Shown piece by piece: positions 26,370-40,000 of a stretch of 64,000 nt of DNA. Location: NCBI RefSeq assembly GCF_018977255.1, contig NW_024704743.1:94986001-95050000 (forward strand). The letters are read 5' to 3'. Origin of the DNA: Callorhinchus milii. Taxonomy: Eukaryota. Positions within the stretch are counted from its first letter, which is position 1, and the number at the start of each line of letters is the position of its first letter. Below the pieces are notes generated by a model. It was given only the letters and a program-made list of their open reading frames with translations. It was not told the DNA's origin and searched no databases. Position numbers and translations under genes: made by a program.

Positions 26370-26992
26370 CACATTGGGACTTGAGTCCACAGTGCAGGCT
26401 GACATTACAGCGAATTATTGGAACAGTCTTTTAGATGAAACGTTCAATTGAGTTCCCGTCTGCCTGTTCAGGTGGACTTTAAAGATCCCTTGACATTATT
26501 CCAAAAGAGAGGGGATTTCTCCTGCGCAACAGTCCTCCAAGATAAATGCATTCATCGCAAGGCTGTTCGTAGGACCTTGGTAGTGCAAATGTTTGCTACA
26601 TTTGCTTACAAAATCAATTAGTACACTGGGCAGCTATTACATGTGTAGTACTTTGAGACAGTTTGACATGTCTATAAAAATATAACTTTCTTTCATTGTT
26701 CGATTCCTGGTCTGGGCAAAATCTTAGGCAAGTTTTCTTACTCCACACAACTGTTTACCTAGCAGTAAGTGGGAACCAAGTTGTTAGTTGATTGGTGGAT
26801 CGCTTTCCGGGGACAATACTCCCTCTAAAAAAAATGTGGCCACTCAATCCACGACCGTTTGTGTGCATAATTGGCTGCCACATTTCACCCACAATATACA
26901 CAGTCAATCTACTTTACAATATATTCTGTGAAGAGCTTTGATGCGTTTCAATGACGTGATAAGGCGCTATATCAAATGCAAGGATTATTATT
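26370..26992 (+). mobile_element. DeuSINE (~26370-26690) followed by a second-family SINE (~26698-26992)
   Basis: The first copy has the Deu core. The second has a B-box remnant (GTTCGATTCC), an internal CTGTTTACCTAGCAGTAAGTGGGAACC segment and the common tail. Confidence 0.75.
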
Positions 26993-29094
26993 GCTAATAG
27001 AACAACATGGGAGCTGAAGGCAGATTGTGCCACGTGACCTTTGTAACTCTGACTTGCAGTGTAGTGCTTGTACTGCAGAGTGCACCCAGCAGAATAAGTT
27101 AAAGATCATTTGAAAAATATTGGAAATAAATCATACTGCATGAAGTGAAGAGTAACAAGTGTCGGACAGAGAGATAGATGCTCAATTTTTTTTCTCCGTT
27201 TTTTCTGATGTTCATAAATGTTTTGAGCTTTGATCTCAAGTATACATATACACTTATTTCATAGAATATACTGTATGTATATATTAAAAAGGTATGCTAA
27301 AAATCTGATATATTGGGTATATATATATGAGACCAGTGGAAATATTTGACTGTGAACCTCGGGCATTTCTTTTACCCAGTATTTATCTACTCATACACAT
27401 ATCAGAAAACTGCGGCAATGAGAATCGCCAGGATATCAATAATTAAAGGATTGTGCGGGTGCTGGGGACTAAAAAGAGTATGTCTACAAGTGGATTTACC
27501 CAATAACTCAAGAGTGACATAGTGTTGGCTTGAAAGTAACCTTCATATTTCACACAGACATACACGCCCGCACATCGTATTCTATTCACTGACATTCTTT
27601 ATGTTTGAAAATGATCGTGCCTGGCACTGTGAAAATAGAAAAAATATTTTAAGTTTGACAGTAATTACTAGGTCACAGTGAAATCAAAGCCACTGGGGCG
27701 ATTGGCTAACACAATGTTGGTAACAGTGCACAACTGGGAACCCCAGAAACAAAACCTTTCATTCTCCATCACAATAGCCTGCTTCTGCAGTGACAAACCT
27801 TCACCCCAGTAAGTATCAGTAAATCAGGTTGATGTTTACATGTTTTAAAATCGTTAAATGGGATGTAATGGAAATAATAATTCTGAAAGCACTGTATATC
27901 CAATACTGCATATTGGTTTTACCATTCGAGTGGCTAGATTTTACATTGTTTCGACAGAAATTGCAGTGTGGAAATATAGTGTATTGGAGCACAAAAATGC
28001 TGTGTCATGGGGTGTTGCTGTGTAAGTTTGAAACTCGGACCCTGCACATGCTGTGTCACTGCTGGTTTCCCAGAGGGAAAAGTCACCCAAGCCATTCCCT
28101 GGCAACCTCCAGTGGCTAGTTTCAGAATTGCAGTGACATATAACCGGGAGCAGGTTGCCCTTGTATTGTTAATCAAGGATAGGTGCACAGATAGAGAGGC
28201 CTGGATGATTGACACATAGTCTAATGATGAATGATGATGTATAATCTTAGACTTAATGAAAAAGAGGTCTATTAGCGAAAATCATTGCAGTCACTGAGGC
28301 CCTCTACCACATAAACTTACATCTTCTCATTCATCGGAATTGCGAGATTTAGTGTGCATTGTTAGTTGTGGTCATGTACAGTAAGCACTCATGATTCAAT
28401 TCAAACCATCTTTTTAATTGGAATCAACTTTTTTAAAGCAAAATTGAACTGAGTTCTTCCATTTGAATATAAAAGTTACAACATCTGCTAGCATCTGAAT
28501 ACCTAGAAAAATGTGTGGGATATTCCATTGACCTTTACACGGTAATATTCTGTTTTAGTGGACATAGTTCTTTCAACCACTTAACAGTTTTAATCTTTAG
28601 CATGAGAACAGAAAAGTTACCTATGTTCTTTGTTCATTCCAACTGGAAAGGTGTGTCCTCAGTCATTCAGAGGCCACAGGTCTGGCCATATTCTCACAGT
28701 TCTTGGTCAGTAACCACAAGAATAATCAACTTTCTTTCTTCCTACCTTAAGGCCGTGCAGTCATGGTATGTTGATCAAAAATGAAAATGTCTAGTTGTGC
28801 AGTGAACAGAGAACGAGCACATTCTGTTTATGAACTGACCACTGTTGATATTGTTGCTTCACTCACAAAACACACCGTCACATCACTTCACAGTATAGCA
28901 TGTGAAGCACTTTGGGATACCTCAGCGATGTAATAAGTCGCTCTATCGAATGCAAGGATTTTTATTATTATTAATTCTTACTTATCAATCTGTCGTAGCT
29001 GAAAGGAACTTTGTTTCGATGGCCATTTGCTATTTATGTTGGTCAAAGATGAATCACAAATTCGATCGACTTCAAGATTTTCCCACCGTCTCTA

Positions 29095-29437
29095 AATTCC
29101 CTCATACCCCATCGCCTTCCTACCTCTCCGGCCTGCTTACTCCCCACTCCACTACATGCTGATTCCACTCAGCTGGCTCTGGCCTTCTGCTTGTCTCTCA
29201 TGCCCTCCATTCCACCATAGGCGGCCGTGTTTCCAGCCACAACACACCGAAACTTTAGAACTCTCTCCCTCTCGCCCCCGCCCCCCCCCACCCTTCCCCA
29301 TTTCATTGCCTGAAGACCTTCCTCTTCGACCATTCCTACAGTCATCTCCCCCTGGCTCGGCATTAGGCTCTGCCGCTGTTAAGCGCTCGGAGACGCTGCC
29401 CCGAATGAAGTGCATATATAAGTGCAAGTTGTTGTTA
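29095..29437 (+). mobile_element. Older L2 3' fragment
   Basis: Encodes PSYLS.LL; tail AAGCGCTCGGAGACG..ATATAAGTGCAAGTTGTTGTT. Confidence 0.7.
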
Positions 29438-30032
29438 TGTATCTCAGATTCTAGGAACAGGATGAGATTGTATAGCGTTTGAACAGAAAGGATTTAATGG
29501 ATCTTAAAATGCTCTGGGAACATACTGCAGTTGTTTGGGAAATACAGCCCAACATTCAGAGACTGACTGCTCTAAGACTTGCTCCTTTCTTTAAAAAAAA
29601 GGAACATTTGACTTAAACATGTGAGTTGAAATGGGTGCTGCTTCAAATTGTTCCAGCAATTTGAATACTCTTAAGCATGGCGATGTGTTAGAGACTCGGC
29701 TGACCAAAAAAAGGGTTGATCCTGCAACATTATTAAGTTTATTTACACCTTATTATTGTGCAGCAATTACCTAAGGTAATAGATACGGGACTAATATCTT
29801 GGTAGTGTAAGTTCCAACTCCTGCAGGTCTAGAAAAGCCCAGAGGAGCTAGCGGGTCTTATAACCAGCAGCGCTGATTTAACCGGCTGTGAAAAAAAAAT
29901 CTAACTTGATCCAACATTGGTTCATACCCAAAAACAGATTAAAGCTCTGTAAAAACATATTGCAATTACTATTTGCTAATGTTTTCCAAACTCTGACTTG
30001 GGAGTAGTCCATGTTGTCGTGGCTTATTTAGG

Positions 30033-30478
30033 TGTCAGCCTGCCTCATTTGGAAGCACTTTCACCTCTGAATCTGAAAGTTATGGGTTCAAGCCCCTTGG
30101 AACTCATAAAGTCTATGCTGACACTCCAATGCAGTGCTGGGGGTGGGGTAGGGGTGGGGGGTGTTGCATTGTTGGAGGTGTGTGCTTCAGATGAAACGTT
30201 AAACTGAGGTCCCGTCTGCCTGTTTTGGTGGACGTTAAAGATCCCATGCCTCTATTCCAAAAGAAAAGCGAGTTTCCCAGTGTCCTATGCATCAATCTCC
30301 CAAAGTAAATTAGACACTCATTGCATAGCTGTTTTGGGGACATTGCTTTGTGCAAATTGGCTGCTGCATTCACCCACAAAATATACGGTCACATCACTTT
30401 ACAGTATGTCCCATGCGTTTTTAGTTGTTTTGATGACATGATAAGGTTCTATACCAAATGCAAGGATTATTATTATTG
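30033..30478 (+). mobile_element. Full-length DeuSINE
   Basis: tRNA-like head with GGGTTCAAGCCC, Deu core (CAGATGAAACGTTAAACTGAGGTCCCGTCTGCC..AAAGATCCCATG) and tail ending (TTA)n. Confidence 0.8.
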
Positions 30479-32624
30479 TAGCTGGTTACAGTCTCTATTA
30501 ACTACATCTCAGATAAGCAGTGTTAAAGAGAAGCAGTTCATGATTTGCTGATTAAGACAAGAAATCTCTAGACCACTAAGTTCTTTGTGAGAGTCACTTG
30601 AAGCCGTATCTTGATTGAGGGCCACTCTCAAGAAAATATTTCTCATATATTATCGCATAGCAATGGGACACAGGTCTGTATCTCCAATTCCCAAAACAAT
30701 TGGGTGAGTCATAGGTTCAGTGTATTTCAGGCTTCTCTCTCATACATCATTTCAAGGTTATTTCCAGTCTCTAGCAATGGTCCTAGCTTTCAGATAGTTC
30801 GGAAGGATTTTGAGAAGGCATTCCTGTTGATTCTTCCCTCCATGGGGGTGTTCGAGAAGGTGGAAGTTACTGGTTTGCTTCGGTTCAGCATCTCCTCTGA
30901 TGCACAATTAGAAATATAAGGTTTCCATGTGGTCAATACAGTATAATGCAATTTACATTTATACGTTGTCTTTTATGTGGGGTGAATATCTCAAAGTGCT
31001 TGACAATACTGGTTGGGCATCTGAAATCCTGCCATTCCCGGGTGATAGCACCTGAGCTTACCTCCATTGCTCTACTCTCCTGAGGCTGAGTTTTGCCTCA
31101 AGAGCCCAAAGAACGATTTGCAATATTTAAAAAAAATTTTTTTAAACAAGGCAGTTCCCCTACACTATTCGGTTTATGGAGCATAAAGTTATTAATAGCA
31201 GAATAATGGCAGAACAATGCCATGTTGGGGAGGGGCAAAGTGTTGAAGCTCCAATGGGTTGTATCTGTTGCAGATACAAGCCTGCATCTCTGTGCTCCAA
31301 GCTATCAAGTTGCAACTCGTGTCCATGTAGAGAGCATTATTAGGGGGAAGACAGCTTCTATCCTCTCTTTCCTTCTCCCCTCCAACCATTTCTGTTTTTC
31401 TATATCATCATTACTATTTTACTCATTGGTTCTCTGAACTTTAATCTCTTGTTCCACCCAAGCTCTGTACAAAATTTATCACAATTTCTCCTTCTCACTC
31501 TTTCTCAGGACCTCAAAACGGTGGAACATCTTACATGCCTCAGTCTTTCCTATGATAGAAAATTGAAACATTATTTTCCCAATGTTCATCCATCGTAAAA
31601 ACAACAGTGCTTTGATGAGCTGTTGTGCTTTCCACTGATTACACAAGAGGGTTGGACAAGGAGTAAAATGTGTTTAGGAATATTGCAATTCTGAACCTCA
31701 TTTGTAAAAATAAAAAGAACTTGCTGCTTTATCGTCGCAAAGTGATAAGAAAATCAATGCCAACATTGCCTGCACTGACCCACTGACATTGTTGGTGATA
31801 AACCTGCCATCAAAATGCCAAAAGGGACAACATGCCTCTTTCAGTTCATCCACTGTGAAGCAGAGCTCCTTAACACTGAGTTGGCAGAATTCTCTGGGGA
31901 ATTCATCTTCATGTAAGCTGATAAAACTGTTTGTCTGAACAAAACTATCAGTGTTGAGTAAATGTTGCTAAGCATGTCAGATTGGCAGCATGTAATGTAC
32001 ACCATCTCAGGGATGTTGGAGGAAATAAATGGCAATACCAAAACATCGCAAAAAAAAGTTATAGATGAAATACTCCCAAAACCCTTGGTAAACAAGCTAC
32101 TCGATTGAAGAGTGACATTTAATGTGTCTCCGGGGTCAGGACTTAATTCTATAGGCTCCTTGCTAGTACAAAACTCAAACCCATTGCATAAAGGTGAGGG
32201 GAAAAGGAGTCGTGGGGGGCTTGTGTGGAGCATAAATACTAGCATAGACTAGTTGGGCTGTCCTACTTTATGTAACTCTAAGGTGTGCTAGATGGCAAGC
32301 AGTATGGTGATTTATGTCTCTGGTCATTCCATTGCCAATCAGTATGAGGTATGTTAGCCAAGCTGTACTATAATAGTAATAATCCTTGCACTTGATACAG
32401 TAACTTCATGTCTGGAGGATGTCTCAAAGCACTTCACAGGCTATACTTTAATGTGGAGTGACTGTATATTTTGTTGGCGAAAGTGGCAGTCAATTTGCAT
32501 AAAGCAACATCCCACAAAGAGCTATGAAGTGAGGGACCAATTTACTCCACACAATGTCCCCAAGATTGCACAAATCCTGCTTATTCTGAACAGTAAAATA
32601 TTGTCATTTTCTTTCCATTTCTAG

Positions 32625-32746
32625 TATTCGCTCCACTAAGAGAGTCTTGTTGCTGGTCGGTGGGTTACCTCCGGGTCCGGATCGACTTCCGAGCAACTTA
32701 GTTCAATATTACGACGAGGAAAAGAAGACATGGAAAATCCTTACAC
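32625..32746 (+). CDS. KLHL14: KLHL14 second coding exon (122 nt; start of Kelch repeats)
   Basis: Polypyrimidine tract and ctag acceptor ending at 32624. Translates (S)IRSTKRVLLLVGGLPPGPDRLPSNLVQYYDEEKKTWKILT. Donor GTAGGT at 32747. Phases match both neighbouring exons. Confidence 0.96.
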
Positions 32747-35499
32747 GTAGGTGTGATTCATTGAACACCTCCATTTGTATTTGTGTGCTTCTCTGGGGTC
32801 TATTATTTCAAGTTATGTAAACCATGTGTTGATGCATGTGTTCAGAGGGAATAATGTGATTAACAACCAAGAAAACAAGTACAAAATCTGTACTGCTTTT
32901 CAATGAATGTTAGTGAAATAATCAAGGCAAGCTGTAATTCCTTATGTGCACATGGTTTACACAATTCGCGTAATAGTCCGTGTTGTCAGACAGAAGGGAA
33001 GGATTGTGGGGAGCTGATAAAAGAACTTGCTTTGTCATCCAATCAGAGTGAGTAACCATTGTAAATGGGTTTGCTGTGATTGGTAACCTACACCATTGAT
33101 CCCATTTTAAGAGAAACTGGACTGTTTCAACCAAAACACAAACTTGCCTGGGAACCATTTGCTCTTTGCTCCGACTTGTGCTTTTTCTGTGTGGCGATTG
33201 TTACTCGTGATTGATTGACCTGGACTGAAAATAACGCAGCAGGAGTTCTTAAAGGAGCAAAAAGAAAAGATGGTTTATAACTCCAGTGGCTTTCTCAATG
33301 GGAGAGCAAGTGCTGCTGTCGAGATTTTTGAACAATGTGCTGCTGTGCCGGAGAAATGCATGAACACTGCGTAACACTGCGTCTCTCCTTCTCTCGCCTG
33401 TGTGCCCTTAGTAAAGATTCACTGATTTTCTGAGGTTTGCCAGTTTACTACACAATCTGCTGCCAAAATTTTGGGTCGACCAGAAAATGCATAACATATT
33501 CACTACAAAGGAAAAAAACAAGCACAATAGACGTGTATTCACAATTTTCAGCAAACTTGCAAATTCTCAGCGAACATTTACCTTGCCATGAATAAAACTT
33601 ATTTCTCTCTCCCTCCGCCCCTTCCCCACCCCACCCATCTCTCTCTCTGCCTTGGAATCTTTAAATCCTCTAGTTTCTCTGGCTTTGCCCTCTCTTATTT
33701 TCCTGACTTTTCTCTTACAGTCTGACTAAATGTTGAAAAATAGTTTAAAATGTTATCTTAAAATGAGAAATATTTGGCAACAAAGTACTTTTTCAATACC
33801 TTCCACTTGGGACCCTTTTATTGGTTCATATTTTAAAGCATTGGAGGAAAAAGCTTCTTTGCAACATTAATCAGTTGATTATAAAGAAGATAAGAGAATC
33901 GGAGGAAAGTATTGTACCAGATAATCTGGAATTGAACTAAAGGAGAGCAAATTTGACTAGAGTTTCTAGTTTTTTTCATATGAAAAATTAAAGCTACTAA
34001 TTTTGAATGCAAACTGCACACAATTATACATTTCCTTCTAACTGTAACAGTACCTTTATATGAAGTACCATTGAGGAGAAACAGCAAGAAGGAAAAGCAT
34101 GCAGAGTGCTGTTGGGAGGAAAGTTCGGAGAGCAATAATGATCATATTGAAAAAACAAAGAAAGCTAACTGAGCTTTGATGTTTTACTGATTTTATTTTT
34201 AACAAGTTTCTTTTTATCTTCAGCTTTGTGCATTTTTTCTGTTTGCATAAAATTTTTTCCCCTGCGTGATTTTTTAAAAACAATTTGTTACATGAGGAAG
34301 AGCTGGTTGGTGAGGCAAAGTTGGTGTGTGGCGAATGAACTTCAATAATAATAATAATTTTCGCATTTGATATAGCACCTCATCACATTGTCGCATTTAC
34401 AGGCATTTTACTGTAAAGTGGATTGACTGTGTATTTGTAGACAAATGAGGCAGCCAATTTGCACACCGCAATGTCTCAAAACAGCTTTGAAGTGAGTGAC
34501 CAATTTTATTTGGGGAATTGTTGGATTGTTGGCCGGGACAGAGAGAGAGAGAGAAACTCTCTTCTCTTAACAACCACAGGGTCCAAAAACGTTAACAACA
34601 AACCATGCAAGAAATGACATCACCCACACCTTTGACCTCTTGTTTCCACGGTGATGATTTTTGCTTCAGGCAGATGGATGCCAGCAAAGAGCCAATTCAT
34701 GCGAAACTTGGCACAGTGTGGCAAACTGTTCGGAATAATCGGCCTGGTTTTTTTTTAAATTTGCAACAAAGAAAAGTTTGGTAGATCACAGATGATTGAA
34801 GCGTCGTATTAGGCGATAAGATATACCACTGAAAAACTACTTTCTTCTGCTCTTTCACTGAAATGGTTTTTGAACATTCCTGAGGTTTCTCTTATGTGGT
34901 GGGTTATTGTATTACTGACTGTAGGACAGAAGGCTACGAGGTCAACCTAAATTCCTGAGATGCATTGTAGCAGAAATGTGGCGAGAGAAACAGCTGGCTC
35001 TTAACTGGAATTTACTACCCGATTTTAGCAAAAGAATGGGAGAAAAATACATAAATAGGAACAATCATATTCTTGAAGGGAGCAGATGCCTTGGTGTAAA
35101 AAATGGACTGTGCCCAGTTTGACTCTTAAGAGTTATTCTTATCAAAAAATTGATGCACTATGTTTTGAAAGGAATCTTTTGCCTTAATTAAAATTAAATA
35201 ATGCTTGTATTTGGTATAGCGCTACTCATGTCTGGAAGACATCCCAAAGCACTTCACAGGATTTACTGTATTTGAGGCGAATGTGGCAGCCTAATTGCAC
35301 AAACCAATGTCCCACAAATAGTCATGAAATTAAATGAATGGCCATGTAGGAGAAGCCCCGTATTTCAGGTCACCACCAATACTGCAGAGAGTAGAGAGCG
35401 CGAGAGCCTGAGAAATCGCTGAATGATCTGTATTCTTGCTGTTGGATTTCAATTGAAAACTTTTCTCACATGTGTTAATGATAATGAGCAGTACGACAG

Positions 35500-36100
35500 G
35501 TGCCAGCCTGGATCAGTTGGGAGCACCAGAGCCTGTAAATCAAGAGGCTATGTGTTCAAGTCGCATTTCAGGACTTTAAACTTAATAATAATAATAAAAA
35601 TAATAATTGCATTTGGTGAAGCATTCTTTCAGGTTGGGAGGACATACCTGAGCAGGATTTACTGCGCAGTGGAGTAAATCCTATGTATTTGTAGGTGAAC
35701 AGACCAGCCCAATTGCACACAGCAGTGCCCCACAAACAGTCTTAGTGTGAGTGACCAGTTTTATTTGGGGGGATTGGTGGCCAGGACACCAGGAGAAACT
35801 CCCTCTCTTTTTGAATTGTGCCACAGGTTCTTTAACGTCTACCCGAACAGGCAGACAGGCTCTCAGTTTAACATCTCATCCGAAGGATGCATCTCCAACA
35901 ACCCACAACCTTCTGACTCAGAAGTGAGAGTACCAAAGAGCCAGGATGACACGTAAGCCAGGCTGAGCTTATCATCTTGGCTGGGAATTGAAATCTTGGG
36001 GGAACCAGGCTTCAGATGAGACGTTAAACTGAGGTCACATCCACCTGTTTACCAAATCCTAAAAATCCCACAGCACTATTTCAAAAGAGAAGACAATTGT
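35500..36100. mobile_element. + strand DeuSINE interrupted by an antisense DeuSINE (~35585-35950)
   Basis: Head at 35501-35580 (+), then a nearly complete minus-strand copy, then the Deu core resumes at ~36010 (+). Confidence 0.65.
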
Positions 36101-36312
36101 GACCTAATGATCTGGAGCCTCAACCATTTTAGCTTCCACTCTNAAAAAAGGCCAATTTCTGGGTGATTCAGTTACCAACAACGTCGCGTCCTGCTTTGCA
36201 CATGAGCAAAATACAGGAAGTGACATTGGCATTTCAGAACATATTTTAATATTGTTCCTTAAATAAAGAATGGAATATGTGTAGAAAATCAACAATTTGG
36301 ATTCTGCTCATA

Positions 36313-36590
36313 AATAATAATAATCCTTGCATTTGATATAGCGCTTTTCATGTCGGGAGGACGTCCCAAAGCGCTTCACAGAACACACTGTAAAGTGAAT
36401 TGACTGTATATTTGTGGGCGAACGCGGCAGCCAGTTGTGCACAGCAATGTCCCACAAACAGTCATAGATTGAAAATGACCAATTTATTATTGTTTGGGGT
36501 TTTTGGAGGGATTATTATTAGGCGTGTGGAGTAAGGAAACTTGCCCAAGGTTTCGCCCTGCCTGGAATTGAACTCAGGTCTCTCGCTTAG
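36313..36590 (-). mobile_element. Young tRNA-headed SINE, 5' end clipped
   Basis: High similarity to 57953-58266 and 46343-46570. Confidence 0.85.
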
Positions 36591-36744
36591 TACAATACTG
36601 CACATAGTTTACAATTTATGTGGAAATGTGCTCAATAGTCGAGAGGATCCTATGATTATTTCGCTAACAGTGCTGCTGGAAATAATTCAGAAAAGTTGTT
36701 GCAGAAATGCAATACAGGCTCCAGCTCTAAAGGTCATGCCATCA

Positions 36745-37085
36745 ACAATAACAACAGTAAAATTACATTTGTAAAGCGCCTTTCACATTGGGAGGACGTT
36801 CCAAGATGCTGAACAGTCAGGGATCAGGACCTGAGCGTGGGGGGCAGAGTTGGGATGAGGGAGGCCAGAGGGGCTTAGGAGGGTGGCTGAAGGCAAGGTC
36901 AAAGAAGAGGGTCTTGAGTCGTGCCTTGAAGGAGGCAAGAGAAAAAGCAAGGTGAAGGGATTGTGGGATGGAGTTCCAAACAGTGTGGTCAGGGAGGCTG
37001 AAAGCCTGGCCTCCAATGGTAGGGCAGTTTGGGTAGGAGACCTGGAGCAGGCCAGAGCCTGCTGAGCAGAGGGAGCGGACAGGCT
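36745..37085 (-). mobile_element. L2 3' fragment
   Basis: (CAA)n tail, L2 terminal stem and the LWNS..FK..LKT.LF region on the minus strand. Confidence 0.8.
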
Positions 37086-40000
37086 GATCACAACTGAGCC
37101 ACCGCTCTCACTTGTATCTAAGTAGCATTTTATTAATAATATTAATAATAAAATAATAACAATCCTTGCATTTGATATAATGCCTTTCCCATAGACGGAG
37201 GGGGGATGGAGGAATGAACACCTTCACAGGATTCACTGTAAAGTATAGTGACCATGCATATGTTTGTAAGTAAACAAAATCTGCAGTTTTTTTTAAAAAA
37301 ACAAAGGGCACGATATGGGATATATCAGGGTTTAACTGGGAGGAGAGGAAATAAACAGTTAAAAAAGAGGAAAAGGACTCAGTCATCCATCACAGTAGCA
37401 TGATAGCTGAAGTAGGGATCTTTGTGCTGTGTAGCTTGGTCTGAACCCCTCTGTGAGGTGTGGTTCGTGGCAAAGGGGATCCAGTTTGCCTGACAATTTG
37501 GGAGATGTGGTGGAACTGTACATATAACCTCTTCTAACAAAGCAGAACTCACAAGAATTGTGCCCATACATTCTTGCTGGATTTTATTTTTGTGCCTCTC
37601 TTTTGATAGCTGACAATATGATGCTACGCTGCACATAGCCTAGATTTTAAATATTTGGGTCAAATAGGTGCCTCTGCCATGCAGCCAGCAACATCCCATC
37701 TAGTGATCAGGGATTTAAATGTGCCATTGATTCCTTTTCCCCATTGTCTGTCTAAAATCAAGGTTTGACTTTAGGGCAATGACTGTTTCTGTGGAAGCCA
37801 GGACTATCCTAATCTGGCTGCAGCCACACCTTTTGGCACTCTTAAAGGTATAATTACTTTTTTGTTAAATTAATTTAGTCAAAAGAGGGTTTGTATCTTG
37901 AGGACAATAGGTCAATTGAGGTTAACTGAAGAAGAAGTTAAAGGCAGCAGTGGAGAATCAAGGATAATTGGGGCAGGTTATTTTTAAAGGGAAACTCAAT
38001 ATTTTGTACGGGGCTGAAATCTCAGCGTTTTCATAACACATTTCGTGTTATAATTATCACAAGGAACACATTATGCAATGACGCAAATTCCACTCCATTC
38101 AGGCAACCATGTTATAAAGTGCTTTGCAAGAGTTCACTTATAACACTGATGTCCTGTGGCCCCACAAGAATGTTTCATAAAGGGAGCTGGCCAGTCCACA
38201 CTGGAAGCTGGAAGTGACTAAAACGACAAAGGCATTATGATAGCTTCCTTCACACCGGGTAACATCTCAGAGTGTTTACATGACAGCAGTGACTTGTCAA
38301 CCCTGAAAAGAAACCAACGGCCATCAGGTGGAGTTTAATAATAATAATAATAATAATCCTTGCATTTGATATAGCGCTTTTCACGTCGGGAGGACGTCCC
38401 AAAGCGCTTCACAGAACACACTGTAAAGTGAATTGACTGTATATTTGTGATTTTATTGACCCAAAACAACACATAATAAAAATAATAATAATAATAAGGG
38501 GAGTGAGATTGATTTGGACAGCTCTTTTCAAAGAGACGGCAAAGACACAATGGGCTGAATGGCTTCCTTCTGTGTTGTATAATGCTATGATTCTATGATA
38601 ATCCTTACATTTGATACAACGACCTACACATTGGAAAGTTTTCTTAAACGTTTCACAGGATATATTCTAAAATGCAGTGACTGTATTTTATAGAAAGACA
38701 CAGCGGCCAATTCTTGCACAGCAATGTCCTACAATCAGCTATAAAGTGAATGACCAACTTTATTTGGCCGGTTGTTAGCAAGTTCACCTGAGAAACTCTG
38801 TTACAAAGGGTAGCTACTGGGACTGGAGATTTCCCAAAACAGATTCCTGTGATTTATGCCATGAAACTATAGTAGGGTGATTGTTTTCCCCCACATCTGT
38901 CCGTGTGACTGTAACAAACCTTTAAAGGCATTTTTTTTTGCTGAGAGAAATCATCACCCCAATAATTATAAACTACACACCAGTCGAAAATAATATGCTA
39001 GTGATTTTCCTCACGCATCTATTCTTGATGGTTTTGATGGTAATGGAAAGATCTTACACTTGCTCACGGCCTCCAACACTTAGTGCGGATGCGAAGAGGG
39101 TTCTGTCAGCGTCATACGTATGTCTGACAGCAGTGAGAATGCAGAACCTATGTGAACCTTCTGGAGCAACGTACCTGAGGCCACCTCTGCTGTCAACATA
39201 ATCCTTCCATTTCATATACAGTAATGACACCTTTTACGTTGGGAAGATGTCTCAAAGCACCTTACAAAATATGTTGCAAAGTGTAGTGAGCGTGTAGGTT
39301 TGTAGGCAAATGCAGCAGCAATTTGTTCACAGCAATGTCCCACAGACAGCTTTGAAGATAATGACCAAGAGGATGACCTATTTTGAATAGTGCCATGGGA
39401 TCTTTAATGTCCATCTGAACTGGCACAGATATTATATCCTTCAGTGTAATACCTCAAAGATGATACCTCGGGCAAAGCAGCGCTCCTCCAGCACTCTATT
39501 GAATGTCAGCCTGCTGAGTTCAAATTCCCAAAGCACCACACTCAGTTACCAGTCACGCTCCACAGCCATCGATGGCCTGACCCAGTTTGTTTGTTCTTCA
39601 GCTTGAGGTAATGCCTAATTAAATCTGGAATCCTTCAATTCCTCTGACCATTTGACAGTACTCATCAAAGAATCAGTTGATATGTTTGGTCTGTATCCAA
39701 GTTGTGTCACTGATGTCTTGAGAGAAATACCAAGCGTTGTTTGGCGATGGGCCAAACTGAACTAGATTCCTACAGGAAGTTACACCTGGATTTTGAACTG
39801 ATGTCTTCTCATCTGGTCCCTTTCCCTTCATAGACAACATTTCCCTTTATTTCACGGCCTCCCAGAACTCGTTGTATTCTTGTGGAGAATTTCTACATCC
39901 TTTCCTGTATCCTACAATACTGTTCTCAAGTGGATATGTATCTAATTGGAGCCAGATTTGTTTGTGAGTTTTTTTCACTTTATGAGAATGAAAAAAGTAA

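Noticed and set aside
36143..36143. Single N base
   Set aside because: Assembly ambiguity or gap marker, not biology; continuity across it is unverified.
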